Source: Antedon mediterranea (Eukaryota; Animalia; Echinodermata). Taken from it: a stretch of DNA of 64,000 nucleotides. Within the stretch, counting starts at the first letter, position 1. Every line of letters begins with the position of its first letter. The notes below the pieces were generated by a model, which saw only the letters and a list, made by a program, of their open reading frames with translations, did not search any database and was not told the DNA's origin. This document shows positions 41,101-54,040 of this stretch, piece after piece. The DNA lies in assembly GCF_964355755.1 (NCBI RefSeq), contig NC_092671.1, forward strand, positions 14,260,001-14,324,000. Reading direction: 5' to 3'. Made by a program: the position numbers and the translations under genes.

Positions 41101-44100
41101 GCTGACTTAAATAAAGATCAGAGATGTGTCATTGATAAAGTACTAAGAAGCAATGATTACACATTGGTTGTTGGTATGCCTGGAACAGGTGAGTAGTCAA
41201 TACAATTCTTAATAAAATGCTTGTTTTTGAATTTTACTTAAAAAGACAGATTACTGTATGTAGAAAAAAACACATTGCATATGTAGAGCAGTATACACAA
41301 TGAGAATAAAAAAGCTTATACATTCTGTTTTGTGTATTATGTTATGTTAAAAATGTTAAATGTATTATTCTGGTCCTCAAGCTTGACTGCAAACTGAGGA
41401 AATTTGGATTATATTATAAAATAAGGTTTGTGGTATACCGTGTATTTCCAAAAAAGAAGAAAATAAAGTTTTGTTATGCTATCATAATAATCAATGTTAT
41501 ACCACCAACCATAAGCTCTGTCTACACTATGAAACTAGTTTGGCAAAAAAAAGTGTGATGTGCCCAAATATGGTAGTGATACGCTTAAATATGGTAATGA
41601 TATGACATCTTCATGTCCATATATGGGCACATCACATTTTTTGTCACATAAAATTTGATAGTGTAGACAGAGTTTTATTTTACACAATACCTTATATTAT
41701 TGTTTATTGTATTGTATTTATACAAATTTGCACTTCTTCATCTATTATATTTGTAGGCAAAACAACCACCATTGTTGCTTTAGTGAGAGTACTCGTGTAT
41801 TATGGAAAGTCAGTTTTATTAACAAGCTATACACATTCTGCAATTGATAACATCTTACTAAAGCTGTGTAAACACGACGTGAAGTTCATTCGCCTTGGTC
41901 GATCACTTAGCATTCACCCAGATGTACGCCGTTTCTCTGAGGAAACTGTTGCGAAACGAGCTAAGGGTATTGAAGAAATTACACACATTTACAATACAGT
42001 GGTATGTGCGTCATTCATGTTATTTTAAAATTAATGTAATAATTTATTGGTACTTTTACAAAAGTGGAACTCTGCATCCAAATTGGAAAATCTAACATCT
42101 AATAAAGCAACAATTTAAATAAATGCTACAAAATTAAACAAAGGAAAAACTAAATAAGTAAATATATACAATTTATTCAAAATGAATTTTACTCACAAAA
42201 GTTGATTACAACTTTGGAAGGATCACCTCTAAGTTCCTCTATCTATCTCTGCCCTAATACTTGATCCTAATACTACCATCTCTATATTTCTCTTTCAGCC
42301 TATTGTAGCCACCACCTGTCTAGGCTCCAAGCATGCCATCTTCTCTCAACGTCACTTTGATGTTTGTATCGTCGATGAGGCTTCCCAGATTAGCCAACCA
42401 GTTTGCCTCGGTCCATTGCTGCTAGCTAACCGCTTTGTTTTGGTTGGGGATCATCATCAACTTCCACCACTTGTTCAAAGTAAACATGCTAAGTATGTGC
42501 TATTATGGTTTTAAATTAAATGTAACAGCATGATTAATGAAAAGTACGAAATTACATCAGAGTAGACCAAACATCTGGCCAATTACTCAACTCCCTGACA
42601 CAAAGCTATTTCATAGTAGTTAAATACAATTATCAAGATTAATGACATTCACTATCACTGTTCTTAAAATTAAATTCAATTCAACTAATAATAATTTGTT
42701 TAAAGTAATTGTAATGAATTAGTAATTTTCAAATTGCAAGTAACTAATGATTTTTTATTCAAAAGTACTGATTTAAAACAATAAATAAAAGAATAGAGAA
42801 GTACTTGTACATTTAACACTTCCAATTCTGAAAACCCTTGACTATGCTAATATATCTGCTTTTCTGGAAAGTTGGGTATTCTGAATGTGTTTTTATTAAT
42901 TAAAAAAACAATTTTGGACATTTTGGACCGCAAGAAAAAGTCTGGTTTTGTTTTGGGAATGTATTTTATATTATATTCAGAGAGTTTGGTATCTTTCAAC
43001 AAGATGAAAAAACAATTTAATATTTTTATATAGAATGGTGTTAAATGTTGTTTTACAGACTTTTAGGAATGGATGAGAGTTTATTCAAACGTTTAGCTAC
43101 ATCTCACCCGAGTGCTACAATCTCGTTAACATTTCAATACCGAATGAACTTGGAGATTATGAAACTGAGTAATATTTTGGTGTATGGGGGCGCTCTTCAA
43201 TGCGGATCTGACAAAGTTGCAAGATCTACTTTAAGCTTAACAAATTGGGATGCTTTTCGAAATGTAAGTACAGTTTGCTTTAAACTATAAATAAAATTAA
43301 TTTCAATTAAGTTGATTATGTGATTTGTGTTTACAAAATTTGTCCAACATTTACCTAATTTATTTGTGTTATTGTTAGAAGTTTAACCAGGTAAAATGGT
43401 TACTACAATTGTTGGATCCGAAATCTACTGTTAGGTTTTTGAACATGGATGATGTAAGTATAACATTTTATATGAAGTATAGTATACAAATAATGAATGT
43501 TTATGAGTGCAATGGTACAAATAATGGCACGAGGTGAATGATGAAAGGTTATATCAACGAGGCAAAGCCGAGTTGATATAACCTTTCATCATTCACCAAG
43601 TGCCATTATTTGTACCATTACACGAATACAAAACATTCATTATTTGTTTTATATAACATCTAGACGTTTTTTTTTCGTACACAAAAATGTTTCAAAAAGT
43701 ACTATTTAACGATCGTTGAATAGTGCGTACTATTGCACGCCATGTGACCCACATTCGTCCAATCAAATGACAGGAATTTATATAGGTGTTATATAATATT
43801 ATTTATTATTACCCTCATTCAATAATGTACTGCAAACTTTAATTATTCTTTCAATAAAGAACTTGAAACATCAAAACATTTGTTTCAATTGTTGCATTTG
43901 GTTAGAGAGCATTTAATTATTTGTGGTCTTTTATTTTAGGTTGAAAGCGATTGTCAAAGTTCATATAGCACCAATCAAAATGAAGCAAATGTTATGATTA
44001 AATTAGTAGATGGATTGCTTAATGTAAGTGTTTATTTTCTATAACCATGATGGCAATAGTTGGCATTATGTTACAAAATTGTTTAATATGAAATTTGAAA

Positions 44101-44667
44101 ATGATCTATGTGGATATTGACCAGACTACCTTATTGTATTGTTGGGTATAAGCTGGGTTTATAAACACATGTTCGTAGTTTTTCTTATAACTGAGGGTTT
44201 GATATTATTTTTTGTTTGTTTAAAGTGTGGTTGTAAGGGTACAGATATAGGCTTGGTGTCACCCTATAGAAACCAGTGTTTATTAGTTGAATCAATGCTA
44301 CCAAGCCTAGCTGTAGACGCTTCCCAGGTAGAAGTGAACACTATAGATAAATATCAAGGAAGAGATAAAGAAGTTATTATTGTATCATTTGTCAAAACTG
44401 CCACACAGGTTAGTGTTTCTATTTATAATATTGTTATTTGTCAGAGACTTCATTAACTTCCTTCTCTCACTAATAATGCACTCACTTCTTACAATTCAGG
44501 GCGAGTTGTTACATGATATTCGTCGTTTAAACGTGGCATTGACTCGGGCGAAGAGGAAGCTGTTATTGATCGGTAGCTACAAGGCATTGAATGGGTACGA
44601 ACCATTGCGCAACCTACTCATTCACCTAATGCAAGACAAGCTAATAACTTTATATTCAGACGCATAA
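32196..44667 (+). CDS. DNA2: DNA2 nuclease/helicase, about 29 coding exons (32196-32225, 32390-32449, 32598-32796, 32991-34138, 34310-34390, 34657-34796, ..., 41087-41188, 41757-42001, 42299-42492, 43059-43263, ..., 44227-44408, 44500-44667)
   Basis: [19 protein letters not shown] (Fe-S Cys), [30 protein letters not shown] and LPLELKTG...EHRSQ (nuclease), [16 protein letters not shown]|KTT (Walker A), [52 protein letters not shown]-terminal exons are less certain. Confidence 0.95.
35040..35156 (-). mobile_element. Penelope-like terminal fragment with a degenerate minimal hammerhead ribozyme
   Basis: Minus strand gca CU-AUGA a GGGC uaguguu GCCC GAA AGCU C ugc at about 35118-35153. Confidence 0.5.
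36368..36592 (-). mobile_element. SINE copy (same family as 20277-20597) in DNA2 intron
   Basis: Colinear similarity (caccggg..accccctactc..cgaaagatgta...gttctaccaccagaac). Confidence 0.75.
37705..37831. mobile_element. MITE family B copy
   Basis: Same body and right TIR gatagtgtagacagagct. Confidence 0.75.
39168..39295. mobile_element. MITE family B copy
   Basis: tctgtctacactatc...gatagtgtagacagagct. Confidence 0.75.
39935..40020 (-). mobile_element. RTE-type LINE 3' end fragment
   Basis: Minus strand GGGAGAGGCCTTTGCCCAGAAGTGGGCTGAAGA (GEAFAQKW) resembles RTE-clade 3' termini. Confidence 0.4.
40329..40500 (-). mobile_element. Internally deleted SINE copy
   Basis: accagttcaccggggtaac...tcgaaggatgaactgggttc...ccaccagaac matches the other two copies. 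Confidence 0.6.
41514..41673. mobile_element. MITE family B copy
   Basis: agctctgtctacactat...gatagtgtagacagag. Confidence 0.8.
43484..43797. mobile_element. Palindromic non-autonomous element (Crypton-like architecture) in DNA2 intron
   Basis: About 75-bp arms around CGAGGCAAAGCCGAG (43486-43647), followed by a second inverted pair TTATATAACATCTA / TAGGTGTTATATAA (43649-43796). Confidence 0.6.
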
Positions 44668-45739
44668 TGGAAGGACCATGCCAATTCAAGTTTGACATGT
44701 TTTATAAAACTAAACAAATACAATACCACTAATTAATTATATTCCCCAAAAAATGGAATATTTCTACATTTTTATACAAAATATGTTAAGGGAAAAAATA
44801 ATAAAAACCAATTATAGTTAGATTTTTTATAACCAACTATAACTTGATATTTATTTTATTAACAATTAAAATGAATTCAGTAGATGATTGAAATCCAGGA
44901 TCTAATAAATGCCCATTGCAATATTTTTGTCCATAGAAACTAGAATCTCATTTTTTCAATAAATTGTGACCTTAAAAGGGTAAACTTGAATCAGTTTTGT
45001 ATCCTAAGAGATCACTCATCTCCCACAGATCTGTCAAGCAGTTTCACAAGAAAATTGGATTTAAATTTCAACCCTATTTTTATCCAGATTATTTTTTAAT
45101 AAGAAAAAAATAAATGCCATAGTTTTAACTTTGTAAATTTATTTTCAGCTTCGTACCCAACTTCAATTGTTCCAAATAATTAATATATATATAATGAAAA
45201 TAATAACCTATGTATAAACATGAAAAAAGAAATTTATTGTTTAAACATAACTAGTTTAAATTTATTGAATTGTCAAGGGATATTTGTATTCATTTCCTTT
45301 AAGTTGAATGTTTGTTTCCCACTACTCAAATGAATACTTTTTATAATGATTTCCTATAAATAGTTTAAAATGAATAATTACCTATAGAAAGTTTTTTGCT
45401 TTTTGCACACTTTTTTTGTATTACTAATTTAAAAAAAAATGAATTATACAATTGTCATATAATTAAACATAAAACTATTCATTTTGTATTTATATCTTTA
45501 AAAATTCATTCATGCATATGCATTAAAAAAATATTTTTGTCTGTATTTTTGTTATTCCTGAAATTGTTTACAGTGAATAAAAAGGATGATAATATATATA
45601 TATAATATTTTCACTTTTATGTTTACAAATATGTCATGTAATATTTATTGTTTGCCAAATTGGGTAAGTAGATCTTTTGTTATAAATATAAAACAACCTG
45701 TCTGATTTTTTACATCTTTTACACATATAAGCCATACAT

Positions 45740-48700
45740 TTATTTGACACTGGTCGGTGGATCCTTTTGTGAAACTACATAATTACGCACTAGGATGTCG
45801 GCAAACATTAAAATGTCTAAAGTACAGATTCCGGTTATCTTCTCTAGATGATTAATGACCTAATGAAATGAAATGGAATTCATGTCGTCAAGAAAATGTT
45901 TGGTGAATTTAAATTGCAATTATTTCCAATATTACTATTCAAATAAAGATTAACAATGTACACATTATGTGCATTTATATAGAATGCAGCCTCTATTGTT
46001 ATGCTGTATTTTAAAAAGGTAATAACCAACCACAAATCACCATTCATTCCCAGAGGTATATTCAGAACATTCATTGCAGGGTGGCACACAGAGCAAAACA
46101 GCAAATAGGTGTGTTTGCTAACTGGATGGATGTTAAGGCCACTAAGGACCATAAATGAAGGTAATAACTTGTCGTTTAATGTTTATCTTTGACTTAAATG
46201 ATCAGTACACATTTCACTACAATTTAGTATGTATTGAGTATCTTGCTTTTACCACAGTGTAGGTGGACATTGTAATCATTTGTTGCACCCACAATTACAT
46301 GATAAGGTCTGCTACAGCTGAATTTTAAATGTAGCTTTATTAATAGGTCTACTGTGTACAATATTAATGTTTGTGCTCCACCCTCTTTTTATCCCTGTGT
46401 ATTCTGCACTCTGAAGAACATATCTATTTTACTGACTATAAGCTATGCTAATTTTTTTTTTTCTATTTTATAATTGAAAGCTTACTTGATCACTTGTACT
46501 TTGATCAGCAACATATGAGGATGCAGCTATAACAGCAACTGCAAACAACATTAAATCATTCTCAACTGGTACAAACTTTATCCTAAATCAGTAAAAAGAA
46601 AACAGATTAACAAATACGAACTGCAACAAAGGGACATCAACAACAGAAGTGACGGTAAATATGTTTAGCTCAATATGATATATTTAAAAACTACCTTGTA
46701 AAAATCCTGGCTACAGGCTGGTGTATTATGTTCTTGTTTGAATACCATTATTTCAAACATTGTTTATGCTTTTTAAAATCACATGATTATTAGATAATAT
46801 ATGTTTTCAGTTGTGGGGTTTATCAACATTTGGATAGATAATTTTAAAGCAATACAATCTTTGCTTTAATCAATAAGGCATTCATTTGACACTGTACCTG
46901 TCCTGTTTGTATATACATGGTTGACCAGTAGCAGTTATAAATAGTTGTTCATAGATAGACTGTCTTCTTAGATATGCTAGATCTATTATCTGTATACTAA
47001 TATGATGCAGAGGTTTCATCTCTACTCCGTGATCATTATGAGCTATTTTGTAAATAGAGATGGACAAAATTAGAATTTAACCTACTGTCCCAAAAAAAAT
47101 AAATTAATACAGAAATATATTTGTACTGTATTGGATAAGTATCATATTTTAATTTTTTCAATATCAATAAACAAAATAAAAACAATATTGTATAATTTAT
47201 CTTTTAAGGTTTCCCATTGGTTTAAATTAGTTGCCAATACTGTACTTACCAATAACCTCTAGAATGATTTCCACATATGTTAGTGGTGAAGATGTACTAA
47301 TTTCATACTGTAATGTCTTGAGCACACACAGCTCAGACTGAACAGTGTTGTCCATTGAATAATTAAGTCCAAAATCATGCAAAATTCGATGGCACCTTTT
47401 AGCTGTCAAAGACTTGAATTGGTAGAGTACAGTACGCATTAATGACAACATATTGTAAATGGCACACGCAGGCATAGTTACATGGAAAATAATAGCATTG
47501 ATACACATTTTGAACATCGTGTCATAGAATATTAGAATGTAGTACACATACCTAAAAATATATTGTCCCCCTGAAAAAATATATATTTTTAAAAATGTTT
47601 TTCTTGAATACCGTATGTCATTTCAATGTCACATCTATTTACTTTGACCAAAAATGTGAAAAAAAAATGACTTACCTGAACTGTAATTTAACACAACAAA
47701 ATTGACTGAAAGTCAATGGATTTTTGGTTGAATTTAATCGTTCATTTTGTTGTTTATATAAATGAAAACATTATTTTTTTTTTTTCCTATGGAAGTGATT
47801 AACTTTATTAAAACAGCAAAATTGCCTATTCAAAGTCTTTTTTCTTCTTTGTTTTTTTCTATTAATCTTCATTTTTCATGTTTTTGTTTTAATAATGTCA
47901 AATATCTTTTATTAGTTTCTTCAAATTACCATGCATAAACTGGTTTATTCATTGTGTAACAACAAACACAAATGTAATACAGTATTAATCACAAAATAGC
48001 CATTCCTGAGGTGAAATGAGCAGTTCTACACTAGAAGGTGCTCTAACTTCTGTTATATAAACTTGCTCTGTATGTTAAACAGATATGCTGGCTGAATAAA
48101 TACCTTTGAAATGTCATCCTCCTTAGTAAACTAAATTTCATACAAAGAATCTTTGAACCACAATAATTTCAGCTTTCATTATCATGTCCACTGTCTTACC
48201 TTATAATGTGAGCAAAGTTTACTGGCCACTTGAATGCATGATAACATTCTTAATGTCATTTGCTTCATTAATCTTTTTATTATATTCTGCCAGTCTTGTT
48301 TCTTGTGGGTGTATGTTGGACTGCTCATTACATATTCATATAAACTCAAGACTTGCTTGACCATAAATCTATAGGATTGTAACAAACAATATTATTAGTG
48401 TGCCAGGTTGAAGTATTTGTGGTACTGGACTCCCCTAAATATGAATACAGTAAATGTTAGTAACAAATAAGAATGAATTGCTGAAGGTGATTTAAATTAT
48501 ATATAATAATTATAGTCATTTTGATATCATAATTTTGATATTTAAATAAGAGTAAGAGAAAAATATTGAATAAATATACCTGTTGAATATATCTACGGCC
48601 ATATATCTTGCTTCAGTAGGTTGTTTTAGCTTTTCACACATAAGAAAAATAAACTCAACTAAAACAAAGTAAAAGATCAATTAATTCTAAAGAATCATGT

Positions 48701-48937
48701 TAATTAACATTATGTGAGAACATCCTTAACTAGGTTAATGGATTTATAAAAATGTTTCTTACCTGCTTTTTTTTGCTTTTTGAAGCAGTTTTGGTTATTT
48801 ATGCCTTCCTTCAATTTTTTCTCATTTTCTTTTGCCAAATTTTGTAGCATCGACTCCAACACTTCTGATGAAACACTTGCTCCTTTGTGATTGAACAATG
48901 GTTCTGGTGGAGTGGCAAATATTTGAGATGCCTTCAT
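45740..48937 (-). CDS. CNTD1: Cyclin N-terminal domain-containing protein 1 (CNTD1/COSA-1), meiotic crossover factor; exons 48937-48763, 48658-48580, 48368-48200, 47412-47250, 47042-46898, 46582-46486, 45859-45740
   Basis: VEFIFLMCEKL...RYMAVDIFNR|FMVKQ, LRMLSCIQVASKLCSHYK, QSELCVLKTLQYEI..SPLTYVEIILEVI, KFVPVENDLMLFAVAVIAASSY, VINHLEKITGI; phases consistent. Confidence 0.92.
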
Positions 48938-49434
48938 GTTTCATGAAATTTCAATTCTATCATAGAAATAATATTAATAGAAATAATTCTAAATATACTG
49001 TACTACGAGGCCTCTTAGGTAATGTGGTTGTTACAGTATGTTAGGCTTTCCAAATGTGTTTCATAGTTTAATACTAGGCCTACTACGGGCCAATAGAATA
49101 GGCCTAGGCCCTAGGCTAGGCCCACACAGTAGCTAGTAAAGTAGGTCTAGGTTTGGCCTAATCTAGCTCTAGGCCTAGTGTAGAAGTAGGTAGCCTAACC
49201 TCTAAGGACCTCTAGCTAGGCATGTCATAGCTCTAGGCTAGGCCTAGCTAAGGAGCCAGGCCTATGGTACCTCAATGCATTCCCATTCATATTCACTGTG
49301 TAGCAGGCTAGGCTTTTATTTTAGGCTACCTTGTCCTTTTAGTTTAGGCTTAGAGGTTAGGCCTAGCTAGCTAGGACTCGACATATATTAATGCTGACTT
49401 AACCTAAAATAACGACTCCTATCACCGAACTTAC

Positions 49435-49683
49435 ATGTACAATTCAAATATTATATAATATAATGGTAAAAAGTAACATTTTAAATAAGATTTTTAAAGA
49501 AATAAAAATTAAATGCCAATCGACTGAATGTTCTGGTTGAGTGAGTTTTTCTGTGACTTCCAACCAATCACGCTAATCTATCATTCAGCCAATCGTTGAT
49601 GAGAATTATTAAAACCAATCACATCTATATTTCGTACAATATTCAGAAATTGATTAGGCCTATTATACTGTAAATAAAGGCAG
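49435..49683. promoter_or_regulatory. Putative bidirectional CCAAT-box promoter CNTD1 / TRIM-NHL
   Basis: CCAATC at 49516, 49564, 49589 and 49615; candidate UTR donors at about 49434 (minus) and 49684 (plus); acceptor tttttcag at 50309 just before the TRIM ATG. Confidence 0.5.
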
Positions 49684-50337
49684 GTAATTAGTTTCTTATG
49701 AACGACAAAGATGAATATTGTAATCAAATCTACCGTACTAACGTGAGCATAGCATATACAGTAGCTATAGATGGTGGATAGTTTTAAAATTAAAAATAAC
49801 GCTTATGCAGGCCCCATAAATATAAAATGTAGGCCTACATAAATAAATTAATTATATTGCTGAAAATTGTGTTTTTTATATATAATTGTTTCACTTAAAT
49901 GTTATCAGTAATCATATAGGCCTGTCACATGAAATTCTTGTGATCGTTCAAAACGAAAGCGTTATAATTTAATTACATTATTTCAAATCTTGATATTTGT
50001 TCAATAAATAACCCAGTATTTGTTAGACATTAAATGTGTTTCCATTTTGAAATATATAATATAAAACTCTGTGTGATTGTGTGAAAAAATCAACCTATTT
50101 AGAATCAAATCTCGATAACAATGACTGACAATTAAATTGCGTCATGTTTACATCATTTGTTTGCTAATTCATCATAATATTTTGGCATTTGTAACTGCAA
50201 GCTAGTGAAACGGAAGTTACTCATACCCGTTTTCAAAATTGGAGTTTCCGACGCACTTAAAAGTCTTGTTCCAAATAAATGCGATTTCATTAGCAAGCCT
50301 GTTTTTCAGACTCAACCTTGTCTGCTGTTAGTCGAAC

Positions 50338-52239
50338 ATGGCTAGTAATGTTCTTGCAGACCTTGCTACTGACTTTCTTGAATGTTCCATTTGCGTTGAA
50401 CTTTACCATGTACCAAAATTGTTACCATGCGGACACACATTTTGCCGAGAATGTATCAATAAATGGATAGAAACGCAAGGAAGCCGCGCTATATTCTCAT
50501 GTCCAAAATGTCGCACTGATACGTTTGTTCCAGACGGTGGCCTAAATGCATTTAAAGATGACAAGTTTGTCTTGAATTTGCTGTCGTTTCACAGAGTGCA
50601 AGTTGGTATCCATGATGAAGTAGAGTGGCTGAACTGTGCATCGTGTTCTGAGCAAGTTGGTCAATCCAGCTGTAGTGGTTACTGTCATGAATGCAAGGGT
50701 GTCATATGCAAACCATGTGGACAGCATCATAAGACGTTGGCAGCTTTAAGGGGTCATACTGTTGTTGATGAAGAAGAGCTTAAAAGCAGCAATATTCAAG
50801 AGTTATATCAACGAAGCCAACCAGAGGAACAGTGCTCTCAGCACAAAGGAGAAACAAGACGTCTTTTCTGCCAAACGTGTGAGATAATCATTTGTCAGGT
50901 TTGCTGTCTGATTGCACACCCGCGCCCAAAACATTCGGTCTATCCTGTTTCTGAAACGGCAGATAGAGTGAAGAAAGAACTGACAAAAGACCTTGATTCT
51001 GTTTGTCTAACAATGAAAAGAATTGAGAAGAAAATGGAAGATGCCAATCATATTAGAGAAAGATTAACATCTAAAATTGATTCGTCAAAACAAGCTGCCT
51101 TTCGGCGATGTGAAGAAGTTATTAAAAAGGTTAACGAAGAGTTCCATTCGATTATTAAACACATCGATAAAGTTGGTGGTAATAGATTGAAAGTTATCGA
51201 TGCGTTTGTCGATAATACAAAATTAACTCTGGGAAAAGTAAAAGGTAGTTATCATCTTGCGCAAAGGCAAGTTGATCTTTGTACCGATCGTGACATCTTG
51301 ATGATAGGACCAGAGCTTAGGCAGATGAGTAAGAACCTAAAAGGAGAAACAGTTGGTGAAGTTGATTCTAATTTTGGAACCATTGTATTTGAATCTAATA
51401 AGATTGAAATTAATCCACTACTAGGTAAGCTGATAACAACAAGCTATAGGTGGCGCCTCAAGAAAACTTTCGGCCAATTAGGAAAGAGCAAAGGCGAATT
51501 CATGTGGGCGTATGACGTAATTGTCACACCAGACTCTGATATCGCTGTCTGTGATCCAAAATTGAAACGAATACAAATTTTCAATGAGGTTGGAAAATAT
51601 AAATTTTCTCTTGAAGTTGGAAAAGATGAAAAGGATGGCACTAAAGAGCAAATGAATGTATCTATTACTAATGATGATAAGTATATTGTTGCCCAGAGGA
51701 ATTCTAAATGGGTTAAACAATACACGTTTGACGGCAAGTGTTTTTGTAAATTTAGTCCAGATGAGACACTAGACGGGCGTTATGCTTCCCTCGAAAGCGT
51801 TTCTGTAAGTCCCCGAGGTTTGATCTGTATTGGCCAATCTACACCGATAGGTACAGTTTATCTTCACGATAAAGACGGAACTATTATCTGGAAGCGTAAC
51901 TACTCTCAACCGTGGTTTATTGCTTTTAATTCTCTTGATCAAATTGCTGTTAGATCAAAAGATGGAATCAACATATTATCGTCGGAAGCTGGTGATATGA
52001 TCAAGAAGATCACACTTCCAATAAAAGAATTTGATCTTAGAGGAGTTTGTTTCGACAGCAAAGACAATCTATACGTAGTTGACAACAAAGGAAAAACTGT
52101 TCATAAGTTTAATCAAGAATGGAACTATTGTGGGAAAGCTGTGATTGGTTTGAATGATCCGTATGGAATAACGTTTTCAAATGAAGGCCGGATGTACATT
52201 TGTGATCATGATGACGTTAAAGTGATGGAATGGTTTTAA
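50338..52239 (+). CDS. TRIM-NHL E3 ubiquitin ligase (TRIM2/3/71-like architecture: RING, two B-boxes, coiled coil, NHL repeats; no filamin domain evident), intronless CDS
   Basis: 633-aa ORF: CSIC...PCGHTFCREC...CPKC (C3HC4 RING), CASC...CHEC..ICKPC..HH, CSQH...FCQTC..ICQVC...H, then FGQLGKSKGEF...IAVCD...RIQIF and PYGITF NHL repeats. Confidence 0.92.
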   Translation: MASNVLADLATDFLECSICVELYHVPKLLPCGHTFCRECINKWIETQGSRAIFSCPKCRTDTFVPDGGLNAFKDDKFVLNLLSFHRVQVGIHDEVEWLNCASCSEQVGQSSCSGYCHECKGVICKPCGQHHKTLAALRGHTVVDEEELKSSNIQELYQRSQPEEQCSQHKGETRRLFCQTCEIIICQVCCLIAHPRPKHSVYPVSETADRVKKELTKDLDSVCLTMKRIEKKMEDANHIRERLTSKIDSSKQAAFRRCEEVIKKVNEEFHSIIKHIDKVGGNRLKVIDAFVDNTKLTLGKVKGSYHLAQRQVDLCTDRDILMIGPELRQMSKNLKGETVGEVDSNFGTIVFESNKIEINPLLGKLITTSYRWRLKKTFGQLGKSKGEFMWAYDVIVTPDSDIAVCDPKLKRIQIFNEVGKYKFSLEVGKDEKDGTKEQMNVSITNDDKYIVAQRNSKWVKQYTFDGKCFCKFSPDETLDGRYASLESVSVSPRGLICIGQSTPIGTVYLHDKDGTIIWKRNYSQPWFIAFNSLDQIAVRSKDGINILSSEAGDMIKKITLPIKEFDLRGVCFDSKDNLYVVDNKGKTVHKFNQEWNYCGKAVIGLNDPYGITFSNEGRMYICDHDDVKVMEWF

Positions 52240-52919
52240 TATCAATAAACTAAAAGAGTATATTATATACTACTGTTTATATAAATTCCCAATAATCACA
52301 ATACACGGTTTTCTGTTCCCTATTAATATTGCTGCTACCCTTGATTGTAATAATGGATTGTAATTTATTTATTTTCTATACAACAAACTATATAGTATAT
52401 ATAGGCTACACAGAATGAGAAATATATGATTTACAATGCGCATATGCGTGTTCAGCATGGTGCATGCTTTCTGCTATTGTAACGTGTGCTGAAATAATGA
52501 ATTACAGTGTATATATTAAACTCTATGTCCCTTTCGATTGCTTATTTTTATGTTTACATATTAAGACATTGACAGATTAGAAAGCAATCGGTTGATATGA
52601 TTTGGGCGTCAATTAAATATGGATTATTAATTACAATGTACGTAAGTTGAATAATAACAAATAGGCGAAAGGTTACAATACTATTAAGCCTGGAATAAAC
52701 GAAAATCGATTTCTATTGTAGGGTGTCCCTGTTTTTGGACCAGCAAAGATTTCAGTAAAAATTTCAACAATTTGATCATGTAAATGTGTACCGTATTTTT
52801 TATACTGTTACTGTTATACAGAGGAAGGCAAATTCAATTTGTATTTCTAGATTTAAAATTGATAATCTATTCATGATAATCTAATGTTAACAACTAATTT
52901 AAAGACGTGACACCAAGAT

Positions 52920-53260
52920 AATTAGATAATCACTGTAATGTTATGAGGAAGAAATTGGGATAATTTTTCTCGATGTTGCTTTAATAATCACTGTGTTTTG
53001 GGAGGATAGGATTAGGATAAGGAATCTTGATTTCAATTGAATAATCTCTGTATTTTTGGAGGATGAGATTAGTATAAGGGGCTCGATGTTGCTTTAATGA
53101 TCACTGTATTTTTGGAGGATGGGTTTAGGATAAGTGATCCCAATTTTGCTTGAATAACAACTGCATTTTGTGATGGTGGCATTAGGATAAGTGGCCCATG
53201 TATTGTGGGAGGATATAAGTATTAGGATTTGCTTGGATAATCACTGTATTTTGATAAAAT
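52920..53260. repeat. Degenerate minisatellite, about 58-bp unit, 5-6 copies
   Basis: Recurring ataatcactgta/gttttggaggat..gattaggataag. Confidence 0.75.
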
Positions 53261-54040
53261 CGGCTGATGTTGTGTAAATGGTATTTAAAATACGTTTATT
53301 GTTTTATTCTGCTTTAGGTTGTATAATATACTTAATATGTTGTTTTTTAGAAAAATGAGATTACAATAGTTACTTGTTTTTTACAAGGTTGCCTGTAGCT
53401 TATTAATTTTAAGCAACACACCTTATTTTTTAATAAATACTATATAATATTATTAAGAATCGCAATATTTTCATTCATGATTGGTTTCAACAAAATTAAA
53501 CAACATTCACTGAAAGCAGCAAATGAATCGCTATCATACTTAGATTAAAACTACATTATAACCTTAATGATGTTTCGCACAATGTAGATGAGAGCATTAT
53601 TGTGTGTTAATTATAGTTGCGGTTAACTTTTCTTAACTACACGGAAATGCTTTTCAATCACTCTTTATGGCAATGTTCGTACTGTAATGATAAATTGTAT
53701 TGCTCAGCCTACATGGAAAACAGCCCTTTGATTAGAAAACCTTCAATTTCTCATTAAGATGTATAACATTATAAGATGTGCGGATGACGCAGATCAAAAC
53801 GTCCAGTTAATAATAATAGCGAATAACTGTTCACAGTATTGGAAAGCACCGCTCGCCATTGTTCTCTGTAATTCGGATGCCTGAAGAAATTACGACTTAC
53901 GGCTTCTGATTATAGACTAATAACGATACTGTAATGCATTTAATTTACGTGCACACTTTATATCAGTTTATTTTCCTTTTCTATCCGATGTAGAACGATG
54001 CCATACTATTAAGATCGTAAACACAGATATTTCCGAAGTC

